Positions 10,717-21,925 of a stretch of DNA of 64,000 bases are shown here, piece by piece; the stretch's first letter is position 1; each line of letters starts with the position of its first letter. The DNA is from Nitrosopumilus sp. GTDB lineage: Archaea > Thermoproteota > Nitrososphaeria > Nitrososphaerales > Nitrosopumilaceae. Made by a program: the position numbers and the translations under genes. The DNA lies in assembly GCA_965197525.1 (NCBI GenBank), contig OZ240211.1:1184001-1248000 (forward strand), written 5' to 3'. The notes below the pieces were generated by a model. The model was not told the origin of the DNA and searched no databases. It saw only the letters and a list, made by a program, of their open reading frames with translations.

Positions 10717-11397
10717 TTACGTATTCTTATCGGTGATAGAGTACAGCCCAGTATGATTGATTCCATATGCAAAATACTCTTTGTGCAACGCCCAGTATAT
10801 CCTGCCATTGTACTTGGTAGAGTTCTTAAACAGATGAATCTTAATGTGTGTAAATGGATCTATTGCACTCTTCATGTTCTCAACCTCTTTATCTTTTAGA
10901 TTTCGTATCATGTTTGTAATGATGATAGTAATCTTGCTTGTGACTGCCATATGGGATAAATTACGCATGTACTTCATAAATAACGCATTCTTTAGAGCAA
11001 TGGATTCACGTGCAGTATACTCGTATGAGAATAGGTCGGTGATATTATCAATCACAATCAGGGAATAGTCATCTGGATTCTTCAAGTTTTGAAGGGCGTC
11101 TATCTGCTCAAACGTGTTGGTGACACGGGATACGGTTATCTTTCCGAGGAGATCAAAGTTTATTCCAGACGATTTTTGAATCTCGAGGATTCGTTCTGGT
11201 CTAAACCCGCCGGTCGTATCAATGTACAATATGCGTCCACCATTCTTGATAGAGTTGACTGCTAGCTGTAAAGATAGCAACGTCTTGCCTGTTGCGTTCC
11301 CACCAAATATATCAACAATTACACCGGATGGTATGCCGCCTAAAAGGAATCTATCCAGTTGTTTCAAGCCGGTTGGAATCATCTCTAAATGATACAA
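10717..11397 (-). CDS. RadA/RecA paralog (RadB/aRadC-like ATPase)
   Basis: IPTGLKQLDRFLLGGIP, Walker A GGNATGKT, YIDT, FRPERI, Walker B LIVIDN. Confidence 0.85.
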   Translation of the reverse strand: MYHLEMIPTGLKQLDRFLLGGIPSGVIVDIFGGNATGKTLLSLQLAVNSIKNGGRILYIDTTGGFRPERILEIQKSSGINFDLLGKITVSRVTNTFEQIDALQNLKNPDDYSLIVIDNITDLFSYEYTARESIALKNALFMKYMRNLSHMAVTSKITIIITNMIRNLKDKEVENMKSAIDPFTHIKIHLFKNSTKYNGRIYWALHKEYFAYGINHTGLYSITDKNT

Positions 11398-11488
11398 AAC
11401 AGTGAAAAATTTAAAGAATTACTAGATTGATACACCTAGGTAAGGCTTTTATGGTAGATAACTGACTTTTCAATTAAGTGAACAATTA

Positions 11489-11749
11489 GTGTCCCAGACA
11501 AATAGTAGTAGTAGCAGTAGTGCAAAACGACCTCTGACAACCCTTCAAAAAAATACAAAGAAGAAAGTTATCGTCAGATTAAAAAATGAGGTAGAATACA
11601 AAGGAAAGATGGATAATGTGGATTCTTATATGAACCTGATAATGACTGACGCAGAAGAGGTTCACGATGGTAAGACTATAGCAAATTATGGCAGGGTTAT
11701 CGTTAGAGGTAACAACGTACTGTTCATCAAGCTAGAAAACGAGTTGTAG
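11489..11749 (+). CDS. Sm/Lsm-like RNA-binding protein
   Basis: Sm1 YKGKMDNVDSYMNLIM and Sm2 IVRGNNVLFI motifs. Confidence 0.92.
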   Translation: MSQTNSSSSSSAKRPLTTLQKNTKKKVIVRLKNEVEYKGKMDNVDSYMNLIMTDAEEVHDGKTIANYGRVIVRGNNVLFIKLENEL

Positions 11750-11767
11750 TGTGCGTGAAGTGGTTTT

Positions 11768-12982
11768 ATGGCCAGCAACAATCAAAATAATAATAACAAC
11801 AACAACAATAATTTCCTCTTTACATCAGAGTCAGTAACAGAAGGGCATCCTGACAAGGTGTGCGACCACATATCTGACGCATTTCTAGATGAATACCTCA
11901 GACAGGATCCCGATTCACGAGTAGCAATAGAGACGATGGTCACAACAGATTTTGTAGTGGTGTCAGGCGAGGTTACATCAAAGGCCGTGTTTGACAAGGC
12001 GCAGCAAGAACAGTTGGTAAGGCAGACAATCAAGGATATCGGATACAATAACAGTGATCTGATGTTTGATGGCGATACCTGTAAGATAGACTTGAGATTA
12101 CATTCACAGAGTCCTGATATCAGTCAGGGGGTGACTGCAACTGAGAGTAGAGAGCAAGGAGCAGGCGATCAAGGTCTGATGTTTGGCTATGCAACAGATG
12201 AGACAGAAGAGCTGATGCCAATGCCAATACTATTGGCACACAAGTTAATTGAACGGCTATCTCGTGTAAGACGAGATGGTACGATACCATGGGTTAGGCC
12301 TGACGGCAAGTCGCAGGTGTCAGTAAGATACCAAGACAACAAGCCGACAAAGATAGAGACGGTAGTTATATCTACACAACACGCGCCTGACGTATCATAC
12401 AAAGAGATTACAGAAGAGATTACACACAAGGTCATCAGACCGGTGTTAGGGAAGCTGTGGAATGATGATATTGTTATTCATATTAATCCAACCGGAAAGT
12501 TCGTTATAGGAGGACCGCACGGGGATGCAGGTCTTACAGGACGAAAGATTATCGTTGATAGTTATGGGGGATTCGGAAGACACGGAGGCGGTGCATTTTC
12601 AGGTAAGGATCCATCAAAGGTGGACAGATCGGCGTGTTACATGTGCAGGTATATTGCAAAGAACATTGTAGCTGCCAAACTAGCTGATAGATGTGAGGTC
12701 CAGCTAGCATATGCAATAGGAGTGGCAGAACCGGTGTCTCTGTATATCAATACGTTTGGAACAAACAAGATTCCAGAAGACAGGATTGTACAGCTAGTCA
12801 GAGAGAACTTTGATATGAAGCCCAGTGGAATAATTGCCCAACTAGATTTAAAGAGGCCGATATACAAAAAGACTGCATCATACGGTCATTTCGGACGGGA
12901 TGAGCCAGAGTTTACCTGGGAGAGGACAGACAAGGCAGATACGTTAAGACGCGCAGTTGACGGGTTAACCATTAACAACTGA
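11768..12982 (+). CDS. metK: S-adenosylmethionine synthetase (bacterial/eukaryotic type)
   Basis: [28 protein letters not shown] motifs. Confidence 0.96.
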   Translation: MASNNQNNNNNNNNNFLFTSESVTEGHPDKVCDHISDAFLDEYLRQDPDSRVAIETMVTTDFVVVSGEVTSKAVFDKAQQEQLVRQTIKDIGYNNSDLMFDGDTCKIDLRLHSQSPDISQGVTATESREQGAGDQGLMFGYATDETEELMPMPILLAHKLIERLSRVRRDGTIPWVRPDGKSQVSVRYQDNKPTKIETVVISTQHAPDVSYKEITEEITHKVIRPVLGKLWNDDIVIHINPTGKFVIGGPHGDAGLTGRKIIVDSYGGFGRHGGGAFSGKDPSKVDRSACYMCRYIAKNIVAAKLADRCEVQLAYAIGVAEPVSLYINTFGTNKIPEDRIVQLVRENFDMKPSGIIAQLDLKRPIYKKTASYGHFGRDEPEFTWERTDKADTLRRAVDGLTINN

Positions 12983-13843
12983 CTGTAGTTGTATCTGAGC
13001 TAGTTCTTGTAGTTTTTTATAGTCGCCTGTAAAGCTGCCAATCAGGATACAGAGATCGTCTACTCCCAGTTCAGAGTCTTTGTTGGTTATTGCGTTGTGG
13101 TATGCATCCTCTAGTGAAATTTCTGTGAGCGGTGTGTTCTTGGCATATGATGTAACGTACTGCTTGAAGGTAACAGTGTCAGGACCCACTAGATCAATTA
13201 TACCATTATTGAAGTTTTGATTGTGCGTTGACTCGTAGATGATACGGGTTACGTCATCAATATGTATTGGCTGAATGTGATAGTTGCCAGAGCCTGGAAT
13301 ATTGATGCTGTGTTGGTTTTTTTGCTGTCTTTTGATATATTTTGTAAGATGGTCGTCTGCGCCTATAATGTATGATGGTCGAAATATGGTATAGTTGATA
13401 GACGAGTTGATGACTAGCTGCTCTGCCTTGTATTTAGAGATGAACAGTGCCAGACTGGTGTTAGGCGAGACGCCCAAGCCGCTCAGATATACAATCTTTT
13501 TGATGTTCGAGCGTCTGCACAGCTCTACAATATCTTTGGTTAGGTTGATGTGTATGGCAGTATAATCTGCTGCAGGTGACTGTCTTCCTACACCTATCAG
13601 ATGAATCAAGGCATCGGCTCCCTGTATGGAATCAAGGTTGGAATAATCCTGAGAGACTATCTTGGTCTCACCATCAAATGTGTCAAAATCTCTGCGTGCT
13701 ATGGAGATTAGATTAACGCCTTTTGAGGCAAGATATGCCCGGAGGTTCCTTGCAACAAATCCGGTTGCTCCAGTAATTACTATGGTTGGCATGATGCTCA
13801 CATAGTCTTTGATTTTGAATCTATTTAGAGTAATTGCAGGCAA
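12965..13843 (-). CDS. NAD(P)-dependent epimerase/dehydratase-family (atypical SDR, NDUFA9-like) protein
   Basis: [14 protein letters not shown], YxxxK-like [14 protein letters not shown]; start may be at MPTIVITG. Confidence 0.8.
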   Translation of the reverse strand: MPAITLNRFKIKDYVSIMPTIVITGATGFVARNLRAYLASKGVNLISIARRDFDTFDGETKIVSQDYSNLDSIQGADALIHLIGVGRQSPAADYTAIHINLTKDIVELCRRSNIKKIVYLSGLGVSPNTSLALFISKYKAEQLVINSSINYTIFRPSYIIGADDHLTKYIKRQQKNQHSINIPGSGNYHIQPIHIDDVTRIIYESTHNQNFNNGIIDLVGPDTVTFKQYVTSYAKNTPLTEISLEDAYHNAITNKDSELGVDDLCILIGSFTGDYKKLQELAQIQLQSVVNG

Positions 13844-14082
13844 GTCTTGACAGATTTTTCATATTGTTTATGATCGACAACCATGTGATCTTGGCATTCA
13901 TGGAGTTTTTGATTTCTAATGATGAATGCAGATGGTATAATTTCATGTCCGGATACGTACAAAACAATATACCTAATTACTCTTGCATAGATTTTGGCGC
14001 ATAAAACACCTAATTGAGTGTATCCTGAATGATATTTGTTACTAGATAACTTCGCAGAACCACTACGTGGAAAGTTAATAAT

Positions 14083-14541
14083 CTATTTTTGTTTACTGTC
14101 ATTAGTTTCTAATTTAACATTTTTCATGCGAATTTGTCTTGCTTCCAGATAACCTGTAAATCTACGACGATAAAAATTGTTATTGGTGTAAAATTTAGAT
14201 TGTTTGTAACATTTTGGACACTTCTTTTTTGATTGCGGAATATGCTGATTACAATACATACATATATTTTTTGATTTTCTAAACTCATATTCATCATAAC
14301 AAAAAATATGCTCAGGATCAGGTAAGCGCCATTCGACATTGGCATCATCTAAAATTTTCCCCACCGATTCGTGACAAAAACGACATTTCTTACTATTTGC
14401 TGGATTTGGATAACATTCAACATGTGTGGTCTTATTACATCTATATGTAAAACCATCTTCATCAGTAAGTTTGCCACTTACAGTTTGCCCGCACTTTCCA
14501 CACATTCCGTTTTCTATATTATGTAGTATTTTTCTATGCAT
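14083..14541 (-). CDS. Cys-rich putative multi-zinc-finger protein
   Basis: CGKC, CRFC, CMYC, CPKC pairs in 152 aa. Confidence 0.55.
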   Translation of the reverse strand: MHRKILHNIENGMCGKCGQTVSGKLTDEDGFTYRCNKTTHVECYPNPANSKKCRFCHESVGKILDDANVEWRLPDPEHIFCYDEYEFRKSKNICMYCNQHIPQSKKKCPKCYKQSKFYTNNNFYRRRFTGYLEARQIRMKNVKLETNDSKQK

Positions 14542-15161
14542 AAAAAAATTACTTTAACAGATTCTGTCGGGTTATCAAGAGCTGGCGCAGTCAGACAATA
14601 CCATTATGTAACGATTCCAAATGATTTCAGTGATAATAAAAATAAACCCCGCGGATGTGCCGATTCCACCGACGGCCCGAAATGGAGCGGTTATGGGGGT
14701 GCGATACCGGCATCGAATCGGTCATACGCATCACCTAACGATTCATAAATGAGGAGCCATGATTCGGTACACTTCCGTTTACGATGCACAAACCCGGCAA
14801 ATCCACGCGAGATGACGGGGAGTAAAAGTTTACGCGGATCTTTTGGTGTTTTTCGGGCAAGCTATTTTCCATGATCGATTCTGCCACTGTCTTTTCCCTT
14901 GCTCCGATACGTGCACTAGTCCATGATCATCTAATCCCTTTTCTTGCCATCTGCCATTACCTTGCCGGTTCGTCCCGTAACATCTTGGCCTCTGAATATG
15001 ACAACGAAATGGTTTGGATGTGATGAAACTGACTTGAGAAAGTCTGACTTTGTGCCTAATCTGATCTGCTACAAAACACCATGAAAACCATTTATCATTA
15101 TCGGAGATGTCCTTTGATCTCTGCAGGGGCCTGCCATGTCCTCAGGCCTTGCCTTGATGCC

Positions 15162-15428
15162 TCAATGTCTCTTTAGGCCTTTGATCAAAGCCACTACGCC
15201 TCCTGCAATGGGTCCAATAATTATTCCAAATAAAATCACCTGACTAAGTGTTCTGGACGTACAATCAACCTCAGTAGGTGGCCAGTCGGTGTGGAATACG
15301 TAACATTTTCCAGATTCTTCATATTCGTGCGTCATCATAGAATGACTATCCAAATAGGATCCATTTATGATGATTAATCCTGTGAGGATCAGCACGCTTC
15401 CAACAATGATAAATCCCACGTTAGTCAT
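15162..15428 (-). CDS. Small membrane protein
   Basis: 88 aa with hydrophobic N- and C-terminal helices and a Cys pair in the loop. Confidence 0.55.
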   Translation of the reverse strand: MTNVGFIIVGSVLILTGLIIINGSYLDSHSMMTHEYEESGKCYVFHTDWPPTEVDCTSRTLSQVILFGIIIGPIAGGVVALIKGLKRH

Positions 15429-15480
15429 AACCGGTTCACAAGCATGTCGTATTTACATTTAGCCTTATTGAACTCAATAC

Positions 15481-16778
15481 CAGTAGTCGAAAATTTACTC
15501 CTTAGGCAGATCCTCCGACATCATATGGTTGACCCACAATCCTACATAATTCTAATGCAGTCATTGCCGCAGCATATGCGACAAGCGCCAGAGTTACCCG
15601 ATCATAACTCGAATCTTCACGGTACTGCTCTACTGCCCACGTGTTGTACATGAACAGCGAGACGTAAAACATTATTGCCCTAAACGACACATTGCGACTT
15701 GTTGTCCTCGGACGCACCTGCTCGACCTGCTTGTATCCTGTCTCTATCCCCCACCTCCTTCTGTACTCCTCTGGAAGCGTCTCAATCTCGTCTAGTGCCC
15801 TGACCTGGGAAAGGTTGGTGGCAAAGACATGGTATCTTTCTGTGGCATCAGCATCAGGATCGTCTATCTTTTTTGAGGGCGTGATTATCAATGTGAATGT
15901 GGCAGACTAGCCTGCTGCGTTTCTGACGGTGTACTGTGAGACTGCCTTGCGTAATTTATCGTGATGCTCCCGTATCACCCTCTTTATCCCCGTGTTCTTG
16001 ACTGCCGGCATCAGGAACTTGTGTCTCTGTTCTGATACAAGCCTGATTATCTCAGTCGAGTAAAACTCGCGGTCCATCAGAGCCGCCGGGCCCGTATCCT
16101 GTAACCCTTGAGTTTTTGCACGAATTTACGCACAAAATCGGCGTCATCCACGCTGCGCGTGACTTGCATGCACTCCAAAATGGTCGGAACCTGTTCTGCT
16201 ACCACATGCATTGTTGCGTAACACTCGAACTTGCTTGTACCGCCCTTTGGTTTGGGCCTTGTCAGATGTGACATGTTGTCCTTGTCGTGCCTTGGTATCA
16301 GATGTTTATCTATTGCTACTAGTACGCCCCCCTTGTACCGACACGTATTCTTGGCAAGCCTTGCGGTGCGTGTGATCATATCCATGCAGAGTTCGTCTGC
16401 ACTGTCTGTTCCAGCGAGTTTATCATGTTGCGAAACCACTTGGGCGACGGCATCTTCTTTTTGGCGTGCTTGAGCAGCCGGATTGCCTCCTCGGAGGCTA
16501 TGTTGGATTCAGACATCTTCATCAATATGGCTGCAAACTCGCTCACCCCGTATTGGGCATTGTTCCTCGTAGAGAATCCTATGGATGAAGATTCTAGTAT
16601 TCCTGACAAGGTAGTAAGTATCCTTGCTCCGATATTATTGTGGTGTACCTGCCCACCTTTTTGCTCGAACACTAAGGTGGGTAAGGGCACTGTGGATAAT
16701 AGATCGGTATGTTCGAAAAATGTTAACGCATCTGAGAATATTTGTTAGCTGGCTTAGAAGGCAAATTTCCTACTACTG
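15481..16778 (-). mobile_element. ISH3-family insertion sequence (decayed), 1298 bp
   Basis: TIRs CAGTAGTCGAAAATTT (15481) and rc CAGTAGTAGGAAATTT (ends 16778), 14/16 match; flanks AATAC/AATAT form a near-perfect 5-bp TSD; encloses DDE transposase fragments. Confidence 0.85.
15502..16690 (-). pseudogene. ISH3/IS4-like DDE transposase pseudogene
   Basis: AIDKHLIP, KPKGGTSKFECYAT, LMDREFYS, RRRWGIETGYK; frameshifts near 16410 and 16080 and an in-frame TAG at 15907-15909. Confidence 0.85.
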
Positions 16779-16879
16779 AATATGTATAAAAGATTAAAAA
16801 AAGACACGTAGAACTGCTTCGAAAAGAGTATACAATATCAGAAATAAGAGTTATTACTTTAAAAATGATCTAAAACATA

Positions 16880-17971
16880 TTGGCAACAAAGGAGAAAGAG
16901 AGACTAAGAACAGGTTACACAACAGGCAGTTGTGCAACGGCTGCAGCATGCGCTGCCTTGCTGTCAATTAAAAACCAGGAAAAGATAACAAGTGTAGACA
17001 TACTGTTACCAAATAGGTCGCACATTACAATTCCGATACATGACTGCAGATACTCTAAAGAAACTGCGACATGTACTGTAATCAAAGACGGTGGGGACGA
17101 CCCTGACGTTACACACGGTGCGGAGATGATAGTAGAGCTGGTACTGACTGATAACAATCCAGATACAATAGAGATTGGCGGAGGCAGGGGAGTAGGAATA
17201 GTAACAAAGCCCGGACTAGGATTAGAGATAGACAAGCCTGCCATAAACCCGGTACCAAAAAAGATGATTCAAGAGAATCTGCGACTAGTAGCAGGAAAAA
17301 TACTAAAGAATCACGGTATCAAACTAGTCATCACAGTACCAAAAGGCGAGGAACTGGCACCAAAAACGGACAATCCAAGACTGGGAATAATTAATGGAAT
17401 ATCCATTTTGGGAACAAGTGGTATCGTAATCCCGTTCTCTACTGCATCATACGCTGCATCAATCAGGCAAAACTTGGATGTTGCAATTGCAATGAAAGAG
17501 GATACGGTCGTACTAACAACTGGTGGACGTAGTGAAGAGTTGGCAAAGAAGATTATCAAGCTGCCACAGCACTGTTTTGTCCAGATGGGTGATTTTTCGG
17601 GGTACACCATACAGCAATGCAACAAAAAGAAAAAGATCAAAAAAGCGTACATTGTAGGATTTGTTGGAAAATTAGCAAAGATGGCAGCAGGAGTAAAACA
17701 GACGCATGTAAAAGGCTCAAAAGTGAATATGGGTTTTCTAGCAGAGCTGGCAAAGGCTTCCGGTGCTAACGATGACGTCATTACAAAGGTCAGGCGCGCA
17801 AATACGGCACGACATGTATCTGAGATTATAGTAGAGAATGACATCAAAGGATTCTTCGAGTTGATATGCGAGAACACTCACAGGCATATGAGCGAGCACT
17901 CGAAGAATAACGTGTTAATTGATGTAATATTGTTCGGGTTTGACGGTACCATTCTTGCAAGAAAAAAGTAG
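16880..17971 (+). CDS. cbiD: Cobalt-precorrin-5B C1-methyltransferase
   Basis: LRTGYTTGSCATAA, KDGGDDPDVTHG, GISILGTSGIV. Confidence 0.95.
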   Translation: MATKEKERLRTGYTTGSCATAAACAALLSIKNQEKITSVDILLPNRSHITIPIHDCRYSKETATCTVIKDGGDDPDVTHGAEMIVELVLTDNNPDTIEIGGGRGVGIVTKPGLGLEIDKPAINPVPKKMIQENLRLVAGKILKNHGIKLVITVPKGEELAPKTDNPRLGIINGISILGTSGIVIPFSTASYAASIRQNLDVAIAMKEDTVVLTTGGRSEELAKKIIKLPQHCFVQMGDFSGYTIQQCNKKKKIKKAYIVGFVGKLAKMAAGVKQTHVKGSKVNMGFLAELAKASGANDDVITKVRRANTARHVSEIIVENDIKGFFELICENTHRHMSEHSKNNVLIDVILFGFDGTILARKK

Positions 17972-18007
17972 CAAGGTATTTTATTTAACTAGCACACAGT
18001 TTCAAAT

Positions 18008-19078
18008 ATGGACAGAGTTGCAGTCTTGGCTATTACAAAGAATGGGATAACAATTGGGCAAAACTTGAAAAGACAGTTTCCAGAATTTCAAGTATTTGCA
18101 CCGCAAAAGCTATCAGATGATGCAATAAATGACATTGTATGGTATGACGCCACTACAACTCAAAAGATAGTAGAGTTATTCAAAGGGAGTGATGCTCTGA
18201 TATGCCTGTTTTCCTTGGGTGCAGTCATTAGACTGATTGCGCCGCACCTCAAAGACAAAAAGACCGATCCTGCGGTAATTGTGATTGATGACAAGACAAA
18301 TTTTGTGATAAGTGTGCTGTCAGGTCATATTGGAGGTGCAAACAAGATGACAGACGACATAGCTGCAAAACTAGGTGCAATACCCGTCATCACAACTGCG
18401 GCAGATGTAAACAAAACCATATCAGTTGACTTAGTTGGAAGAGAGTTCGGATGGGTAATAGACGACGATACACACGTAACTGCCGTCAGTGCAGACATGG
18501 TAAATGAGGAGCCAATAGGTGTATATCAGGACGTGGGCAGAACTGATTGGTATGCAAGGAAGCTGCCAAAGAATGTTACAGTGTATGACAGTATGAATGA
18601 TTTAAGAGATTCGGATTCTAAAGCGCATTTGATAATCTCAGACAGAGTGTTGGAGGGTGATACAATAGAGAGAAGGGTGGTGGTGTATCGTCCCAAAAGT
18701 TTGGTAATAGGGATAGGGCTGCACCACGATACAGACAAGGACACCATCAAAAATGGCGTAGAGGAGTGTTTGAGACGATTCGAGCTATCACCAAAATGTG
18801 TTGCAAAGTTGGTATCAATAAAAAAGCCAAAGGATGTCCAAGGTTTGATTGACATAGGTAAAGAGATGATGATACCAGTGGAATATGTAGACAGAGAAGA
18901 GTTAGCAGAGATTACTGCGCCTAATCCATCAGATACTGTCATGGCATTTGAGGGAACGGCAAGCGTGTCAGAGGCTGCTGCAATAAAGGTATCAGGCGGT
19001 GGTGGCACCCTAGTAGTAGAAAAACAGAAATTCCCACCAAACCTGACGATTGCTATAGCGAGGATGAGCAAAGTATAA
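18008..19078 (+). CDS. cbiG: Cobalt-precorrin-5A hydrolase
   Basis: DKKTDPAVIVID, SVLSGHIGGAN, VITTAAD, GTASVSEAAA. Confidence 0.93.
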   Translation: MDRVAVLAITKNGITIGQNLKRQFPEFQVFAPQKLSDDAINDIVWYDATTTQKIVELFKGSDALICLFSLGAVIRLIAPHLKDKKTDPAVIVIDDKTNFVISVLSGHIGGANKMTDDIAAKLGAIPVITTAADVNKTISVDLVGREFGWVIDDDTHVTAVSADMVNEEPIGVYQDVGRTDWYARKLPKNVTVYDSMNDLRDSDSKAHLIISDRVLEGDTIERRVVVYRPKSLVIGIGLHHDTDKDTIKNGVEECLRRFELSPKCVAKLVSIKKPKDVQGLIDIGKEMMIPVEYVDREELAEITAPNPSDTVMAFEGTASVSEAAAIKVSGGGGTLVVEKQKFPPNLTIAIARMSKV

Positions 19079-19842
19079 TGAAAGAGAAGAAGAAGCGAGG
19101 GCTACTAGTCATTGATAGAGGAAGCAGGCAACGAGAGGCATCTGAAGAGCTGGAGGCCATCTGCAACGGAGTAAAAACAAAGGGAGGGTACGTCTTTGCA
19201 GATTTCTGTTTTCTAGAGGTAGAGCCGCCATACATAGAGGACGGGATTACACGCTGTCTTGGAGAGGATATTGATTCTCTTACCATAGTTCCCTACTTTT
19301 TGTATCCAGGCAAAAAGGTAAAAAATGCAGTCACAGATGTTATGAAGTTTCAGAGTGATACACAAGTAAAGTTTCTAGTTACAAAACCAATGAGTATGCA
19401 CAAGACCCTAGTTGATATAGTAAAGAGCAGAATAACTGATACCATTGCAGAAAATAATGTAGAACTTCCAGACAAGGATGTAGATATAATGATAATAGGA
19501 CATGGCAGTGTCGATCCCAACGCACAGAGATCGTTGAATTACGTTGTAGACGAGTTACAGGACGCGTACAGAAACGTCAGTCGCTGCTGGCTTGAGATAG
19601 AGCAGCCAGACATCGTGGCAGGTATTGCAAAATGCCAGGCAGACAAGCCTCAAGTACTTGTAATAGTGCTCTATTTTCTGCACGAGGGTGCGCACGTCAA
19701 AAACGACGTAAACAACGACTTGATACCTGCCTTGGCCAACTCTACAATAAGCAAGACGTTTACCACAAAACATATTGGGGCAGATGAGAACATGATAAAT
19801 CTGGTACTAGAGAGAGCCCAAGAGGTAGAAGATGCAGACTAG
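19078..19842 (+). CDS. cbiX: Sirohydrochlorin cobaltochelatase (two-domain CbiX)
   Basis: RGSR, FLEVEPP, VPYFLYPG, GHGS, YFLHEGAHV. Confidence 0.85.
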   Translation: MKEKKKRGLLVIDRGSRQREASEELEAICNGVKTKGGYVFADFCFLEVEPPYIEDGITRCLGEDIDSLTIVPYFLYPGKKVKNAVTDVMKFQSDTQVKFLVTKPMSMHKTLVDIVKSRITDTIAENNVELPDKDVDIMIIGHGSVDPNAQRSLNYVVDELQDAYRNVSRCWLEIEQPDIVAGIAKCQADKPQVLVIVLYFLHEGAHVKNDVNNDLIPALANSTISKTFTTKHIGADENMINLVLERAQEVEDAD

Positions 19843-20464
19843 ATTGGGACAGTCCATAGAGGACGCAAGCATGAGAATGATAGAAGACGAGATAGGTTCT
19901 CACGGGTACGATGAGATGGAATGGCCCATCGTCAGGCGTGTCATTCATTCTACTGCTGACTTTGACTTTGCAGGTAACAACAAGTTGCTATTCCACAAGG
20001 ATGCAATAAAGAGCGGAATGGACGCCTTGAGGGACGGATGTAGCATAGTAGTTGATGTTAACGGTGTGATAGGAGGATTCAACAAGCAGAATCTGCGGGA
20101 TTTTAAAAATGAGACAGTGTGCCATATCTCTAGCTCAGATGTAATGGAGCAGGCAAAGAAGGAAGGCAAGACGCGCTCTCAGGTGGCAATGAGGGTGGCA
20201 GCGCCGGATATTGACGGAGGCGTGGTAGTGATTGGAAACGCGCCTACCGCGTTACAAGAGGTGATTCAGATGGTGCAAGAAAAGGTAGCCACGCCTGCAC
20301 TGATAGTCGGAATTCCAGTCGGATTCATATGTGCTGCTGAATCAAAAGCCGAGTTATCAAAGGTGGCAGAGGCACCATACATTACAAACATTGGAAGAAA
20401 GGGCGGGAGTTCGTCAGCTTCTGCCATAGTTAATGCGCTGTTCAAGCTGATAAGGGCTCAATAG
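19832..20464 (+). CDS. cbiC: Precorrin-8X/cobalt-precorrin-8 methylmutase
   Basis: RRVIHSTADF, GNAPTAL, PVGFI, GRKGGS. Confidence 0.95.
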   Translation: MQTRLGQSIEDASMRMIEDEIGSHGYDEMEWPIVRRVIHSTADFDFAGNNKLLFHKDAIKSGMDALRDGCSIVVDVNGVIGGFNKQNLRDFKNETVCHISSSDVMEQAKKEGKTRSQVAMRVAAPDIDGGVVVIGNAPTALQEVIQMVQEKVATPALIVGIPVGFICAAESKAELSKVAEAPYITNIGRKGGSSSASAIVNALFKLIRAQ

Positions 20465-20473
20465 TACAGTTGT

Positions 20474-21841
20474 TTATTTTTTTGAATATCGTCTGCAGTT
20501 ATTTACAAACGAGGATGCAAAAGAGGAATCGGATGCAAAGTAAACATGCCCATAAGAGGCCAAGGTGTTATTTTGAATCAGTCCGTCCATGTGTCGTGTA
20601 ATACCCTGACCAATCTCAAGATCGTACGCAAATTTAGAGTCAGAGGGCACGTTCTCTAACTGAGAGTAATGGAATTCATGGCCGTGAATATTGCGTGCTG
20701 CACCCGAGATTACGGTCTTGGCAGACAGAGTTCCACTGGTATAGTTTAGCGTCATCTTGTCAGTCATGACAGTATCTGCATCAAATAGACCAACCATCTT
20801 GTGTCTCTTATTACCAGAAGATATTGACCGTGTCAGATACATCAAACCGCCGCATTCGGCGTATATTGGCATGTCCTGTTGGGCTAGTCTTTTGATTGAT
20901 TTTTTCATCGGTTGGTTTTTTGCAAGCGAATCTGCTAGAACCTCAGGGAATCCACCTCCGATGTACATGCCATCGCATGTAGGAATTGTTTTGTCTTTGA
21001 CTGGACTAAAGAATTTTAAATCTGCGCCATGATTACGCAACGACTCCAGATTGGCAGGATAATAAAAATTAAAAGATGTGTCTTGCGCCACTGCAATTGT
21101 AGTAACGAGAGGTTTCTTTGGAATGGGTTTTACAGCAGTGATTACAGGTTTAGAGTTTTTTAGTATTGAGAGAATCATGTCAATGTCAATTGATTTTGAT
21201 AGGACGTTTGTAATTTTTGTTAGCTGTTTCCTTTGAGCGTTTTTTTCCTGTGTGGTGATTAATCCCAAGTGGCGTGATGGTATGTGTAAGGTTGGATTTC
21301 GCGGGATTGACGCTACAACTGGAATGTTGAATTTTTGTAACGCGTCTCTACACAGTCTGTCATGTTTGGGACCGGCGATATTGTTTAGGATGATACCGCA
21401 GATTCGACTGTTTCTTGTAAATTTTAAGAATCCTAAAACGATGGCAGCAACAGAGCGAGCAGATTTTGATGCATCAGCTACCAGTATTACAGGGGATTTT
21501 GTGATTGTAGCTACATGGTATGTGCTGGAATGGTTTGAGCTTCCCGAATACCCGTCATAGTATCCCATGACGCCTTCTATAATGGACATGTCAGACTTTG
21601 AATTGGTGATAAGAGTGTCTAGGACGTGTCGGTCCCTCATAAGCCAGACATCAAGATTGTAGGTATTCTGGTTTGAGATGCTGGACAGGTAAGACGGGTC
21701 AATATAGTCAGGTCCCACCTTGAATGGCTGAACAGTCAAACCACGTTTCTGTAGGGCATGAATAATAGAACATGTAATGATGGTCTTGCCTACACCGCTC
21801 GTCGTGCCTGCAATTACAACTCTGGGAATAGCGGTATTCAA
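20474..21841 (-). CDS. cbiA: Cobyrinate a,c-diamide synthase
   Basis: GTTSGVGKT, FKVGPDYIDP, EGVMG, glutaminase YAECGG, HEFHY. Confidence 0.95.
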   Translation of the reverse strand: MNTAIPRVVIAGTTSGVGKTIITCSIIHALQKRGLTVQPFKVGPDYIDPSYLSSISNQNTYNLDVWLMRDRHVLDTLITNSKSDMSIIEGVMGYYDGYSGSSNHSSTYHVATITKSPVILVADASKSARSVAAIVLGFLKFTRNSRICGIILNNIAGPKHDRLCRDALQKFNIPVVASIPRNPTLHIPSRHLGLITTQEKNAQRKQLTKITNVLSKSIDIDMILSILKNSKPVITAVKPIPKKPLVTTIAVAQDTSFNFYYPANLESLRNHGADLKFFSPVKDKTIPTCDGMYIGGGFPEVLADSLAKNQPMKKSIKRLAQQDMPIYAECGGLMYLTRSISSGNKRHKMVGLFDADTVMTDKMTLNYTSGTLSAKTVISGAARNIHGHEFHYSQLENVPSDSKFAYDLEIGQGITRHMDGLIQNNTLASYGHVYFASDSSFASSFVNNCRRYSKK

Positions 21842-21925
21842 TGTGAGAGTTGAGCGCGTTTTTTATTTAAATTAACGGATTATAGGGAAGTTTATGTTTT
21901 TAGTGAGATGTTATATTGATAGGAT

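Noticed and set aside
11768-12982. Bacterial-type MetK in an archaeon as recent HGT
   Set aside because: As far as I know this is the normal form in Thaumarchaeota; composition matches the flanks
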